Assembly: GCA_044224875.1 (NCBI GenBank)
Contig: JBGAJQ010000016.1
Span: 1 to 64,000 of the forward strand
Source: Gemmatimonadaceae bacterium
GTDB taxonomy: Bacteria > Gemmatimonadota > Gemmatimonadetes > Gemmatimonadales > Gemmatimonadaceae
DNA length: 64,000 nucleotides
Direction of reading: 5' to 3'
Shown here: in pieces, positions 9,321 through 19,615 of the stretch
Numbering within the stretch: position 1 is the stretch's first letter
Layout: the number at the start of each line of letters is the position of its first letter
Notes under the pieces: generated by a model
What the model saw: only the letters and a program-made list of their open reading frames with translations
Databases searched by the model: none
Told to the model about the DNA's origin: nothing
Position numbers and translations under genes: made by a program

Positions 9321-11387
9321 ATGTCCATGAATTCGTTCCAGCTGCAGTCGCCATTCGAGCCGGCGGGCGATCAACCGAATGCGATCGCCGAACTCACTGC
9401 CGGTCTTGGGCGAGGGGACAGGTTCCAGACGCTGCTTGGCGTCACAGGATCCGGAAAGACGATGACCGTGGCGAACGTCATCGCCGCGTATGGAAAGCCG
9501 ACGTTGGTGCTGTCGCACAACAAGACGTTGGCCGCGCAGCTGTACGGGGAGTTGAAGGGTTTTTTTCCGCAGAACGCCGTCGAGTACTTCATTTCGTACT
9601 ACGACTATTACCAGCCGGAGGCCTACGTGCCTTCGAGCGATACGTACATCGAGAAGGACGCGTCGATCAACGAAGACATTGACCGACTCCGATTGCGTGC
9701 GACATCTAGTCTGATGGAGCGAAGCGACGTGGTGATCGTGGCCACGGTCTCCGCCATTTATGGCTTGGGCGATCCCATCGAGTACCGCGAGCAGTGCGTC
9801 CTGCTGAGCGTTGGGCAGAAGATCGCGCGCAATGACATCCTGAGACAGCTTGTCGCCGTCCAGTACAGCCGCAACGACGTCGCCTTCGAGCGTGGGACCT
9901 TCCGCGTGCGTGGGGACACGATTGAAGTCCTTCCTGCCTATGAAGAGCAGGGAGTCCGCATCGAGCTGTGGGGTGACGAAATCGAGCGAATCTCCAAGAT
10001 CAACGCGCTGACGGGTGAGACCATCACGCTGCTCGAGCGCGCGGCGATCTATCCCGCGAAACACTTCATCACCACGCGACCAACACTGATGCGGGCCGTC
10101 GACGCCATTCGCGCCGAGTTGAAGGAACGGCTCACGTTGTTGCGCAATGCAGGCAAGCTTCTGGAGGCACAACGGCTGGAATCTCGCACGAATTTCGACA
10201 TCGAGATGATGCTCGAAATTGGTACCTGCGCTGGAATCGAGAACTATTCCCGTCACCTCTCCGGCCGTAAGGAAGGAGAGCGACCGGCCTGCCTGTTCGA
10301 TTACTTCCCGGAGGAATTCCTGGTAGTCGTCGACGAGTCGCATGTGACGCTGCCGCAGATCCGGGGCATGTACAACGGCGATCGATCTCGAAAGGAAACG
10401 CTGGTGGAGTACGGTTTTCGACTGCCCAGCGCCCTGGATAACCGTCCGCTGGTGTTCGATGAGTTCCTCAGTTTGACGCCGCGCGCCCTGTTCGTCAGCG
10501 CGACTCCGGGCGACCTGGAATTGCAGCTGTCGGACGGAGTCGTCGTCGAGCAGATCATTCGCCCGACGGGTCTGGTCGATCCGGAGATTGAGGTGCGCCC
10601 GGTCCGCGGCCAGGTGGACGACCTGCTGAACGAGATTCGCGTTCGTGAACGCCGCGGCGAGCGTGTGCTGGTGACGACCCTCACCAAGCGCATGGCGGAG
10701 GATCTCACCGATTACTTGCAGCAGATGGGCGTGCGGGTGCGCTACATGCACTCGGACATCGACGCCATCGAGCGTATGGAGATTGTCCGGGGGCTTCGGC
10801 TGGGTGAGTTCGATGTCCTCGTGGGCATCAACCTGTTGCGCGAAGGACTGGACATGCCAGAGGTGTCCCTGGTGGCCATCCTGGATGCAGATCAGGAGGG
10901 GTTCTTGCGAAGCGATCGCTCGCTGATCCAGACGGTCGGTCGGGCGGCTCGGCATGTCAGTGGTCGCGCGATTTTCTATGCAGACCGCATGACCGATTCC
11001 ATGAAGCGCTGCATCTCGGAGACGAGTCGTCGGCGCGAGGCCCAGATCAGTCACAACACGGCGCATGGCATCACGCCGCGTGGCGTCGTGAAGAGCGTGG
11101 ACGAGGTGCGGTTCATCACGCGCGTCGCCGATGCACGCGTGGAGAAGGAGCAGAAGCCCGAGGGACGCCGCGTGGCAGAGACGGGGCCCGGTTACACGAC
11201 GGAACAGCTGGATGCGATGATCGCGGAGCTGGAGCAGCAAATGCGCACCGCCGCGGCCGAACTCGATTTTGAAACGGCCGCACGTTGCCGCGACGAGGTG
11301 TTTGAGCTGAAGACCCGTCGTGATGGACAGACGGGAACGGCGGGGCGCAAGCGGGATGCCTTCGCCGAGATCCGGGCCCACCGTTAG
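9321..11387 (+). CDS. uvrB: Excinuclease ABC subunit B
   Basis: [18 protein letters not shown] beta-hairpin, [14 protein letters not shown] and C-terminal UVR domain; start at ATG 9321 or 9327. Confidence 0.98.
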   Translation: MSMNSFQLQSPFEPAGDQPNAIAELTAGLGRGDRFQTLLGVTGSGKTMTVANVIAAYGKPTLVLSHNKTLAAQLYGELKGFFPQNAVEYFISYYDYYQPEAYVPSSDTYIEKDASINEDIDRLRLRATSSLMERSDVVIVATVSAIYGLGDPIEYREQCVLLSVGQKIARNDILRQLVAVQYSRNDVAFERGTFRVRGDTIEVLPAYEEQGVRIELWGDEIERISKINALTGETITLLERAAIYPAKHFITTRPTLMRAVDAIRAELKERLTLLRNAGKLLEAQRLESRTNFDIEMMLEIGTCAGIENYSRHLSGRKEGERPACLFDYFPEEFLVVVDESHVTLPQIRGMYNGDRSRKETLVEYGFRLPSALDNRPLVFDEFLSLTPRALFVSATPGDLELQLSDGVVVEQIIRPTGLVDPEIEVRPVRGQVDDLLNEIRVRERRGERVLVTTLTKRMAEDLTDYLQQMGVRVRYMHSDIDAIERMEIVRGLRLGEFDVLVGINLLREGLDMPEVSLVAILDADQEGFLRSDRSLIQTVGRAARHVSGRAIFYADRMTDSMKRCISETSRRREAQISHNTAHGITPRGVVKSVDEVRFITRVADARVEKEQKPEGRRVAETGPGYTTEQLDAMIAELEQQMRTAAAELDFETAARCRDEVFELKTRRDGQTGTAGRKRDAFAEIRAHR

Positions 11388-11392
11388 GGTTT

Positions 11393-11839
11393 ATGGCGCA
11401 GGCCACGTTGTCCTCCCGGCCCCCCGAGCGATTGACGCAGGCAGAGCTCAATGCCCGCGGCGAGGCCATCGGACGTCGGGCGGTTGCTCCCCAACTGATC
11501 GCCCTCAGCGGAGACATGGGAGCGGGAAAGACCACGCTCATTCAGGCCATCTGCCGCGGCTATGGTGTCACCGACGATGTCACGAGCCCGACGTACGCGC
11601 TCGTCCACACGTACGCGGCACCAGCGTCGCCCGTGTATCACCTGGACCTCTACCGACTCAAGGGCGAGTCCGAGCTCACGAACATCGGATGGGATGACAT
11701 TTTGAACGAGCGAGCGCTCGTGCTCGTGGAATGGCCCGAGCGCGCCGGAACGAGTCTTCCGGCGGATGCAACGCGCATCGTCCTGTCGCATGTGTCCGGC
11801 GACGGTAGCGTGCGCGATTTCGAGGTGAAGCGTTCATGA
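11393..11839 (+). CDS. tsaE: tRNA t6A biosynthesis ATPase TsaE
   Basis: GDMGAGKTT, VTSPTY, HLDLYRL and VEWP motifs. Confidence 0.95.
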   Translation: MAQATLSSRPPERLTQAELNARGEAIGRRAVAPQLIALSGDMGAGKTTLIQAICRGYGVTDDVTSPTYALVHTYAAPASPVYHLDLYRLKGESELTNIGWDDILNERALVLVEWPERAGTSLPADATRIVLSHVSGDGSVRDFEVKRS

Positions 11840-12531
11840 GCGCGGAGCCGGTCCACGGCACAGTGCTCGCCCTCGATGCATCCACGTATGTCGGGAGCGT
11901 CGCCCTCGTGCGCCGTGGCGAGGTGCTGCACGAACTGCAGGCGCCCATGCGCGGCGTTACCGAAGAGCGGTTGATGCCGGCGGTGGTCGCCGCCATGGAA
12001 CAGGCGGGCGTCGCGCTGTGTGAGTTGGACGCGATCGCTTGTGGCGCAGGGCCAGGCAGCTTCACCAGCCTCCGCATCGCCGGCGCCATCGCCAAGGGTC
12101 TGGCGACGTCGCGGGCTCTCCCCTTAATCGTTGCCTCGTCCCTCACGCTGATGGTCGCGGCCCCGGATGCGCTCGCGCCTGGCGAGTACATGGCGACACT
12201 CGATGCCATGCGGGGTGATTTGTACGTTCAAGGCGTCCGGCGCGGCGCCGACGGTCGCATGGAGGAATTGGGCGCGCCCCGGTTGTCCAGTCGGCTCGCA
12301 GCGGAAGACCTGGCGGCGACTTCCAAGTGGAAGCTCGTCGGAACGCTGGGTGGAGGGTCGGCGCTCGCAGGCGAGCCGCACGCGCGGGGCTTCTCCCGGC
12401 TGTTGGGCGATGTCGCCCGTCCGGTAGACCCCCGGACTTGGGAACCCCTCTACGGGCGGCTCGCTGAAGCCCAAGTCCAGTGGGAGTTATCGCACGGCCG
12501 GCCCCTATCGAGTCGAGGGGGCGATGCCTAA
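11836..12531 (+). CDS. tsaB: tRNA t6A biosynthesis protein TsaB
   Basis: LALDAS, GPGSFTSLRI and DAMRGDLY; follows tsaE. Confidence 0.93.
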   Translation: MSAEPVHGTVLALDASTYVGSVALVRRGEVLHELQAPMRGVTEERLMPAVVAAMEQAGVALCELDAIACGAGPGSFTSLRIAGAIAKGLATSRALPLIVASSLTLMVAAPDALAPGEYMATLDAMRGDLYVQGVRRGADGRMEELGAPRLSSRLAAEDLAATSKWKLVGTLGGGSALAGEPHARGFSRLLGDVARPVDPRTWEPLYGRLAEAQVQWELSHGRPLSSRGGDA

Positions 12532-12985
12532 CGCGGGCACCAAGGTCCGGATTCGCATCGCGACCGCCGACGATGTGGAGACAATTGTTCGGATCGAGCG
12601 GGCGACGTTCAGCAAACCGTGGAGCGCCCGTTCCTTCCACGACCTACTGCGCACGCCGGCGGCGATCGTGCTGGTCGCGATGCTCGAAGAGCCGGTGGTG
12701 CAGGGCTATGCGGCGGCGTACGTGGCGGCCGACGTCGGGGAGCTGGCCAACATCGCGGTCGGCTCCACGGCGCGAGGATTCGGCGTCGGACGCGCCCTCC
12801 TTGGCGAAGTGATTCGGCAGGTTTTACAGCGGGGGGCGGGAACGCTGTTTCTCGACGTCCGCGCGTCCAATGTCGTCGCCCGCGGATTGTACGAATCCGA
12901 GGCTTTCCGGGAGATTGCGCGCCGGAAAGACTATTATTCCCAGCCAGTCGAGGATGCGATTGTCATGCGTCGGGACTTGCCCTGA
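12524..12985 (+). CDS. rimI: RimI-like GNAT N-acetyltransferase
   Basis: PWS, NIAV...RGFGVGRALL, LDVRASN and RRKDYY...EDAIVM; usual position after tsaB. Confidence 0.9.
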   Translation: MPNAGTKVRIRIATADDVETIVRIERATFSKPWSARSFHDLLRTPAAIVLVAMLEEPVVQGYAAAYVAADVGELANIAVGSTARGFGVGRALLGEVIRQVLQRGAGTLFLDVRASNVVARGLYESEAFREIARRKDYYSQPVEDAIVMRRDLP

Positions 12986-13088
12986 TGCAACGTTTCGGTC
13001 GGACACGCAATGATTCGTTTGCGCACCCCGGTGCGTATCACCATAATCTCGTCGGCGAGTCCAACACTACCACTCGCCAGGAGGCCCT

Positions 13089-13580
13089 GTGAGCCGCAGT
13101 CTGAACAAAGTGATGCTGATCGGGAATGTCGGGAATGACCCAGAAATCCGATCGACGCCTAACGGCGGCAAGGTCGCGCAGTTGAATCTCGCCACCACCC
13201 GCAGCTGGAATGGGGCGGGAGGTGACAAGCAAGAGAAGACAGAGTGGCATCGCTGCGTGCTCTGGAACGTCAAAGGCTCCGGGCTGGCAGACGTGGTCGA
13301 GCGCTACGTGAAAAAGGGTGACCGTCTCTACATCGAAGGGCGCGTTGAGTACCGTCAGTGGCAGGATAAGGATGGGCAAACGCGCTATACGACCGAGATC
13401 AACGTCCGCGAGATGCTCATGCTGTCCGGTCGAAGTGGCGGCGGTGATGCGGAGCCCTCGGGCGGACGGTCGCGGTCTTCGGCAGAACGGCCGCGCGCGG
13501 CGGCGCCGGCAGCCGGGTCTGGCGACTTCGAGGACTTCCCAGGAGCGCTCGAAGATGAGGATGACGACCTTCCATTCTGA
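13089..13580 (+). CDS. ssb: Single-stranded DNA-binding protein
   Basis: LNKVMLIGNVGNDPE, TEWHR and acidic tail DDDLPF; AGGAGG ribosome-binding site. Confidence 0.97.
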   Translation: MSRSLNKVMLIGNVGNDPEIRSTPNGGKVAQLNLATTRSWNGAGGDKQEKTEWHRCVLWNVKGSGLADVVERYVKKGDRLYIEGRVEYRQWQDKDGQTRYTTEINVREMLMLSGRSGGGDAEPSGGRSRSSAERPRAAAPAAGSGDFEDFPGALEDEDDDLPF

Positions 13581-13730
13581 GATCGTGCATGGTCGTCATC
13601 TCGGATGAGGTTTCGTGAGGGTGAGGCTGTGACGGCACTTCTGCCCGGCTCGACTGCATAGTCAGGCAGGAATCCGTTAGATTGGGCGCGACGCTGGTCG
13701 CGCTCGCGGCTGTCGGCGGCAGGTGACGCT

Positions 13731-13766
13731 ACGGCGCCAGGCGAGAGTTCGCCCGGCGCCGTTTCT
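13731..13766 (+). terminator. Probable intrinsic terminator of the uvrB-ssb unit
   Basis: ACGGCGCCAGGCGA-gagt-TCGCCCGGCGCCGT (one mismatch) followed by TTCT. Confidence 0.55.
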
Positions 13767-13887
13767 ATGTCCGGCGCCTTCGTGCGCGACGTTGAACCTC
13801 TCCTTCACCGACCCATATGAACGTTGCAACTTGCAGGACCGAGTGTGCGGCTCCGCGGGATCCGGCTCCCTGCCGGAGTGGGCCGCG

Positions 13888-14850
13888 ATGACCCGTCGAG
13901 CGCTGGTTACAGGGGGTGCAGGGTTCATCGGCTCGCACGTCGCCGAGCTGTACCTGGCCGAAGGGTATGAGGTCGCGATCATCGACAACCTGGTCTCGGG
14001 GCGCCGGGAGAACCTGCCCTCCGCCGCAGTTTTCCACGAGGTGGACATCGCTTCGCCCGAGGCCGCCCAGATTGTGCAGGAAGGCCGGTTCGACGTCGTC
14101 TCCCATCTCGCGGCGCAAATCGACGTACGGAAGAGCGTGAACGATCCTGCCTACGACGCCCGCGTCAATATCGGCGGTTCGTTGAACCTGCTCGAAGCCG
14201 TGCGACGTGCGGGGCGCGGGCGCTTCATCTTCTCCTCCACTGGGGGGGCGATCTATGGGGACTTTGTGCCGGTGCCGACGGTTGAGGACATGCCCAAGGA
14301 TCCGGAGTCGCCCTATGGGATCGCGAAGCTGTCGGTCGAGTACTACATGGGTTATTTCGCCCGGGTGCACGGTGTGCAAACAGTGGCTCTGCGCTATTCC
14401 AACGTTTACGGTCCGCGTCAGGATCCGCACGGAGAAGCCGGTGTGGTGGCGATCTTCTGTAATCGCATCCTGCGGGGCGACGCCATGACCGCGTTTGGTG
14501 ACGGCACGCAGACACGCGACTATGTGTTTGTGAAGGATGTTGCTCGTGCCAACCTGGCGGCGGCACGCGCCGACCTGGGCCCCATGCGGCAGGTGGACAC
14601 GCGGTCCTACAACATCGGTACAGCACAGGAGACAACGGTGTTGCAGCTCGCAGATATCCTTCGCAAGGCCGCGGGCGCGAACACGGCGATTCAACATGCC
14701 CCGGCTCGACCCGGTGAACAGATGCGCTCGACGGTGAATATCGACAAGGCCCGGCGCGAGCTCGGTTGGGCGCCGCAAGTGTCGTTGGCCGACGGACTGC
14801 GCGAGACCTTCACGTACTTCAAGGATCGCTTTGCCGGGGGGGGCGCGTGA
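13888..14850 (+). CDS. NAD-dependent epimerase (UDP-glucose 4-epimerase-like)
   Basis: TGGAGFIGS, STGGAIYG, YGIAK (YxxxK) and NVYGPRQDPHGEAGVV. Confidence 0.9.
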   Translation: MTRRALVTGGAGFIGSHVAELYLAEGYEVAIIDNLVSGRRENLPSAAVFHEVDIASPEAAQIVQEGRFDVVSHLAAQIDVRKSVNDPAYDARVNIGGSLNLLEAVRRAGRGRFIFSSTGGAIYGDFVPVPTVEDMPKDPESPYGIAKLSVEYYMGYFARVHGVQTVALRYSNVYGPRQDPHGEAGVVAIFCNRILRGDAMTAFGDGTQTRDYVFVKDVARANLAAARADLGPMRQVDTRSYNIGTAQETTVLQLADILRKAAGANTAIQHAPARPGEQMRSTVNIDKARRELGWAPQVSLADGLRETFTYFKDRFAGGGA

Positions 14851-15560
14851 TCGTGCTGGCTCAGGTCGGCTCCGCGATTCCCCAAACGCCGTTGGAGCTG
14901 ATCCTCTCCGCGACGCCAGTGACCCAGGTCGTGTTGGGGCTGCTGGTGTTGTTGTCCCTGATCAGCTGGACGGTCATGTTTGCCAAGTGGCGCGAGTTCC
15001 GCCGCGTGAGGAAGGCCGGGAACAAGTTCCTGCACGAATTCGAGCGGTCGCACGGATTGGAGGATGTGGGTCGCGCTGCCGCACGTGGGTCGGAGAGTCC
15101 ATTCTCTCGCGTCTTCCTGCGAGCGCAGCAATTCATCTCGGACACAACGCCAGCGATGGCGGCGACGCCGGAGCGATCGGCGCGCTTCAGTGCGTCGCAG
15201 GTTGAGGCGCTTCGCCTGGTGCTCGATGCGCAGACGGATGCCGAGCGCGACGATCTTGCGCGCTTCGTTCCATGGTTGGCCACGATCGGTTCGGTCTCTC
15301 CGCTCATGGGCCTGCTCGGCACCGTCCTTGGTGTGATCGAGGCCTTCATCGGGATCGCCACCAAGGGGTCGGGGAACATCGGGGCCGTGGCGCCCGGAAT
15401 CGCACAAGCCCTGGTGGCGACGGCGATGGCGCTTGCCGTCGCGATTCCGGCCGTCTTCGGCTACAACTTTTTTGCGAACCGCGTGAACCGCTTTGACGCG
15501 CAGCTCGAAGGATTCGGTTCGGAGCTGATCGCGTTGATGGTTCGCGAGGGCCGGATGTAA
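14847..15560 (+). CDS. tolQ: TolQ/ExbB proton channel
   Basis: SPLMGLLGTVLG and VAPGIAQALVATA; GTG start overlaps the upstream stop; tol-pal context. Confidence 0.9.
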   Translation: MIVLAQVGSAIPQTPLELILSATPVTQVVLGLLVLLSLISWTVMFAKWREFRRVRKAGNKFLHEFERSHGLEDVGRAAARGSESPFSRVFLRAQQFISDTTPAMAATPERSARFSASQVEALRLVLDAQTDAERDDLARFVPWLATIGSVSPLMGLLGTVLGVIEAFIGIATKGSGNIGAVAPGIAQALVATAMALAVAIPAVFGYNFFANRVNRFDAQLEGFGSELIALMVREGRM

Positions 15561-15565
15561 TCCGC

Positions 15566-15979
15566 ATGAGCCGACGCCGGAAGACGGATCGACAGCCCTT
15601 GAATGCGGAAATCAACGTAGTGAGCCTCATCGACGTGATGATGCTGTTGATGGTGATCTTCATGATCACCGCTCCGATCATGCAGGGCGGGGTCGACGTC
15701 GTGCTTCCGAAGGCCGACGCCAAGCCGCTGGAGCCCAAGAGTGGGTTGGTGGTTACGGTGAATCGTCGCGGCGAGATCTTCGTCGACGAAACGCGGATGT
15801 CGCTGGGGGAGTTCCGTGCATCCTTCAAGGCCCTCGCCGAGCGTCGTGCTCGGCAGGGGATTTACTTGCGGGCGGACGCGAGCGTGAACTACGGCATTGT
15901 GGTTCAAGTGATGGCGGTCATGCGTTCCGCCGGTGTGGGCGACCTTGGGTTGGTGGCTGAGCCCGAGGAGATCCGTTGA
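15566..15979 (+). CDS. tolR: TolR/ExbD
   Basis: EINVVSLIDVMMLLMVIFMITAP and LRAD...YG. Confidence 0.9.
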   Translation: MSRRRKTDRQPLNAEINVVSLIDVMMLLMVIFMITAPIMQGGVDVVLPKADAKPLEPKSGLVVTVNRRGEIFVDETRMSLGEFRASFKALAERRARQGIYLRADASVNYGIVVQVMAVMRSAGVGDLGLVAEPEEIR

Positions 15980-16692
15980 GTACGTTAGGCTTGGAAGCAA
16001 CGCGCGGCTCAAACACCCGCATGGGGCTGCCGATTGGGTTGTCCATGGTGCTCCACGGCTCGTTGGTGGCGCTGGTGCTGTACATGGGCTTGCAGGGACG
16101 CCGCAATGATGCGCCAGTGTACAGCGTGAACCTGGTGGCAGCACCTGCCGGCGAACGCGCGATCGGCACGGTGTCGGAGGAGGCGCCGACGCCTACCGCC
16201 GCACCCGAGCCGCCGAAGCGCGCCGCAACAGCGCCCGACGAGCGGAGCGCGGCGCGAAAGGCGGTCAAGGAACGCAAGGCGCCAGCGAAGGCAACGCCCG
16301 TTCCCAACGCGCGTGGTGCGAGGCGCGATGACGCCGCGACGCGTGCCGGAGGAGGGCCAACCGGCGGCAAGGGTGCGGATGTGGCCAACGTCCGGACTGA
16401 GGGGATTCAGTTTCCATATCCAGCCTATTTGGAAAACATCGTCAGGCAGATTGCCCTGCGATTCAAACCACGCAATTCCGGCGCGCTGCATGCCGAAGTG
16501 GTGTTCCTGGTACGCCGTGACGGAACGGTGACGGGGTTTCAGTTCCGGCAGCGCTCGGGCGTCTACGCGTTCGACCTCGAGGCCCAAGGGGCGGTGGAAG
16601 CTGCCGCGGGCTCATTCGGTCCGCTGCCCGATGGATTCAGGGACGACGTGCTCACGGTTATTTTCAGCTTCGACCCGCAACTTATCAGATAG
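15976..16692 (+). CDS. tolA: TolA/TonB-like energy transducer
   Basis: Transmembrane segment with SMVLH (SxxxH), Pro/Ala/Lys linker and TonB_C-like end (SGVYAFDLEA). Confidence 0.8.
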   Translation: MSTLGLEATRGSNTRMGLPIGLSMVLHGSLVALVLYMGLQGRRNDAPVYSVNLVAAPAGERAIGTVSEEAPTPTAAPEPPKRAATAPDERSAARKAVKERKAPAKATPVPNARGARRDDAATRAGGGPTGGKGADVANVRTEGIQFPYPAYLENIVRQIALRFKPRNSGALHAEVVFLVRRDGTVTGFQFRQRSGVYAFDLEAQGAVEAAAGSFGPLPDGFRDDVLTVIFSFDPQLIR

Positions 16693-16859
16693 GCGGAATC
16701 ACTGGTGGAATCCACAACCTCGACGGGCAAGCACATCTTCGTTAGGCGGTCGACGACGTGTTCGGACGTCGCGCTCCAAGCGCGTTCCGTGGAGGGCCAA
16801 GCTTGGGCCCGGTCTCAGGCGCCGGTGCCAAACCGTCGCTGCGGCGACCGGAGCTGGGC

Positions 16860-18155
16860 ATGAGGGCGGGAATGAACGCATGGAAGCTGACGGCACTCGC
16901 GGCCCTTTGTAGCGCGTCCGGCGGGATTGCCACCCTGCATGCTCAGGACACGACTTACAAAGAAGGCGTGCGCATTGGTTTGGTCTACACGCCTGGTAGC
17001 AAGCCCGGCGTGATGGTGCTCCCGGTTAATGGGGATTTCGCGGATTCTATCCGAACGATCCTATCTCGCGACTTCGACTACGGCGACCGCATCAACGTCA
17101 TCGGTGTGGGCGCGACGATCACGCAGGCGGGCGGTTCCGTGTCCGGTCCCAAGGGGCAGAACTATCCGCTCTATGCGAAGCTCGGGGCACAGGTGCTGAT
17201 CGAAGCCAGCGTCACCTCCGTGGGCCTGCATGTAGCGGTGCATAACGTCGTCAAGAAGCAGGTTGAGCGAGTCCGGGACTATTCGCTTGGTGGATCACCG
17301 CAGTCTCCCGAGTGGCGCCTGTCACTTCACAGCGCCGCAGACGACCTCGAGTTCTTCATTACTGAGAGCGGCGGACGCATCTGGCAAATCGACAGCGACG
17401 GGGAAAACCCTGTGGCGCTCTCGTCAGGCGGCACCACCATGTCGCCAGCATGGCACCCGAAGGCCACGCACATCGCCTACATGGCGTTCTCTGGGAGCGG
17501 CACGCAAATCATCGTGCGCGAAGCAGGCGGCGCCGTGAGGACGCTCCGAACCCCCGGTGGCCTGAATACGACGCCGGTATTTTCGCCAGATGGCAACACC
17601 CTGCTGTACGCGCATGCGTCGGAGTCCGGAGCCGACCTTTATGCGATCAACGCATTCGGATCAGACGCGCCCCGTCGCGTAACCGTGGGCCGAGGTAGTG
17701 ACAATACGCAGCCGACGTTCAGTCCCGACGGGCGTCGCATCGCCTTCACCTCCAGCCGTTTGGGGCACCCCGAGGTATATATTTCGGACGCAGACGGCAC
17801 GAACGCAGACCTTTTGACGGTCAACTTCGGCGACCAGTCGTATCGCGGTAGTCCCGACTGGTCCCCGGATGGGAGACTGATCGCGTTCCAAACGCAGATC
17901 GCGGGGCGTTTTCAGATTGCGTCGATCAGTCTCCGGGACCGAACGATCAAGCAATACACCAGCGAAGGGATCAATGAAGATCCCTCGTGGGCGCCGGACA
18001 GTCGACATATCGCATTTACGTCAGATAGAAGTGGAACGCGTCAGCTCTGGATTCTTGATATCGATTCTGGAAGACCGCCAAGGCAGTTAACCAAGAGCGC
18101 TGCCCGGCGCGGTGCGCGACTCGCCGCTTGGTCGCCACCGCTCCAGCAGCGTTGA
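16860..18155 (+). CDS. tolB: TolB beta-propeller protein
   Basis: Signal peptide and repeated PD40 motifs (PVFSPDG, PTFSPDG, PDWSPDG, PSWAPD); start at 16860 or 16872. Confidence 0.9.
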   Translation: MRAGMNAWKLTALAALCSASGGIATLHAQDTTYKEGVRIGLVYTPGSKPGVMVLPVNGDFADSIRTILSRDFDYGDRINVIGVGATITQAGGSVSGPKGQNYPLYAKLGAQVLIEASVTSVGLHVAVHNVVKKQVERVRDYSLGGSPQSPEWRLSLHSAADDLEFFITESGGRIWQIDSDGENPVALSSGGTTMSPAWHPKATHIAYMAFSGSGTQIIVREAGGAVRTLRTPGGLNTTPVFSPDGNTLLYAHASESGADLYAINAFGSDAPRRVTVGRGSDNTQPTFSPDGRRIAFTSSRLGHPEVYISDADGTNADLLTVNFGDQSYRGSPDWSPDGRLIAFQTQIAGRFQIASISLRDRTIKQYTSEGINEDPSWAPDSRHIAFTSDRSGTRQLWILDIDSGRPPRQLTKSAARRGARLAAWSPPLQQR

Positions 18156-18184
18156 ACTCCCCCGCCACTCCCCCTGGAGAGCAA

Positions 18185-18790
18185 ATGCACCGAACACAGC
18201 GCGTGGTTGTGCTAGGTATCGTCGCTGCGACGACCCTGTTCGCGGCCTGCAAGAAGAAGCCACAGACCGCGGTGGCTCCCGCGCCGGCCCCGGGCGCGCC
18301 AACACCTACCTGCGACAAGGCCTGTCAGGACAGCATTGCGAAGGCTCGGCAGGACTCGATCGATCGCGCGAACGCGGCGCGCGATGCGGCTGCGCGCGAG
18401 GCGGCGGCCCGCGCGACCGCCGCCGCGCGTGCGGCGATCGAGGCGAAGGTGTTCTTCGACTATGATCAGAGCGATCTCTCCGACGCGGCACGCGCCACGT
18501 TAGACGCCAAGATCCCCGTGCTGAGGGCGAACCCACAGCTGCGCCTGCGCATCGCCGGCCATGCCGACGAACGAGGGTCGGACGAGTACAACCTCGCGTT
18601 AGGCCAGCGCCGCGCCGCGGCGGCCAAGCGCTACCTGACGGACCAGGGCGTGGATGCGGGACGACTGGACATCGTCTCGTACGGAGAAGAGCGTCCGGCG
18701 GTGGAAGGACAGACGGAAGAGGCGTTCAAGGCGAACCGTCGGGCTGAGTTCGAAGTCACGGCGGGCTCAATCGACAACGTACCCAAATGA
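18185..18790 (+). CDS. pal: Peptidoglycan-associated lipoprotein Pal
   Basis: Lipobox LFAAC; FFDYD, GHADERGSDEYNLALGQRRA, SYGEERP and NRRAE. Confidence 0.95.
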   Translation: MHRTQRVVVLGIVAATTLFAACKKKPQTAVAPAPAPGAPTPTCDKACQDSIAKARQDSIDRANAARDAAAREAAARATAAARAAIEAKVFFDYDQSDLSDAARATLDAKIPVLRANPQLRLRIAGHADERGSDEYNLALGQRRAAAAKRYLTDQGVDAGRLDIVSYGEERPAVEGQTEEAFKANRRAEFEVTAGSIDNVPK

Positions 18791-19605
18791 TGAGCCGGCG
18801 CGCGGGTCTCCTGATGGCGGTGGTTCTCAATTCCGCCTGTTTCGCTACGCGGAACGACGTACGCATTCTGCAAGGCGACGTGCTAGCCATGCGCGGGGAA
18901 ATCGCGCGCGCCGATTCAGCGCGTTCGCGGCAGCTGGTGGCTGTGGCCGCTCAGATGTCAACGGCGCTAACTGTCCTTGCCGATTCAACGCGCGCCACCT
19001 CGGCGCGGCTCGATCGGTTGCGGGGAGACAGCAAGACCGACCTCTTCGCCATCCAGCAGCAACTCCTGCAGATTCAGGAGCTCACCGGCCAGAGCCAGCG
19101 CCGGCTGCAGGAGCTGCGTGCGCAGATGGAGGAGCGACAGCAGCAGGTCGTGCCAGTGGCGCCGGTTGCAGCCGATACGGCAACCAAGGCTGGAGCCCCA
19201 GCGCCCGGCGCTCCCACGCAACCGATCTCACCGGGTCCGAACCAGTTGTTTCAGCTGGCGCAGGACCAGATGCGCCGCGGATCGTATGGGACGGCCCGTG
19301 CGGGATTCCAGGAACTTGTTCGGCTGTATCCGGCGTCGGACCTCGCGCCCGACGCTCTCTACTGGAGCGCGGAGGCCTATGCGGCCGAGGGCAACAGCTC
19401 GGCCGCCGATTCTACGTACTCTGACGTGTTGACGCGCTATCCGCGGACGTCGCGCGCTCCCACCTCGCTATACAAGCTGGCACTCTCGCTTGCCAAACAA
19501 GGGAAGCGAGCCGAGGCGCGAGCGGCGATGGATCGCGTGTCGCGGGAGTTCCCACAGTCGGACGAAGCGGATCTCGCACGCGAGTGGCTCAAGACCAACC
19601 GGTAG
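18787..19605 (+). CDS. cpoB: Tol-Pal coordinator CpoB/YbgF
   Basis: Lipoprotein-type signal, coiled coil, then TPRs (YPASDLAPDALYW, APTSLYKL); follows pal. Confidence 0.88.
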   Translation: MMSRRAGLLMAVVLNSACFATRNDVRILQGDVLAMRGEIARADSARSRQLVAVAAQMSTALTVLADSTRATSARLDRLRGDSKTDLFAIQQQLLQIQELTGQSQRRLQELRAQMEERQQQVVPVAPVAADTATKAGAPAPGAPTQPISPGPNQLFQLAQDQMRRGSYGTARAGFQELVRLYPASDLAPDALYWSAEAYAAEGNSSAADSTYSDVLTRYPRTSRAPTSLYKLALSLAKQGKRAEARAAMDRVSREFPQSDEADLAREWLKTNR

Positions 19606-19615
19606 GTCGCGACTG

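Noticed and set aside
9243..11381. 712-aa minus-strand ORF opposite uvrB (also 674-1771, 49145-50695, 45599-46669 and similar)
   Set aside because: Shadow ORFs expected opposite GC-rich genes; no recognisable motifs.
13723..13887. Long N-terminal extensions in the ORF track (epimerase, tolB, tatC, lptD-like, hutI, ZIP, asparaginase, SRPBCC)
   Set aside because: They come from taking the most upstream start codon; family motifs and stop/start overlaps support the later starts used here.
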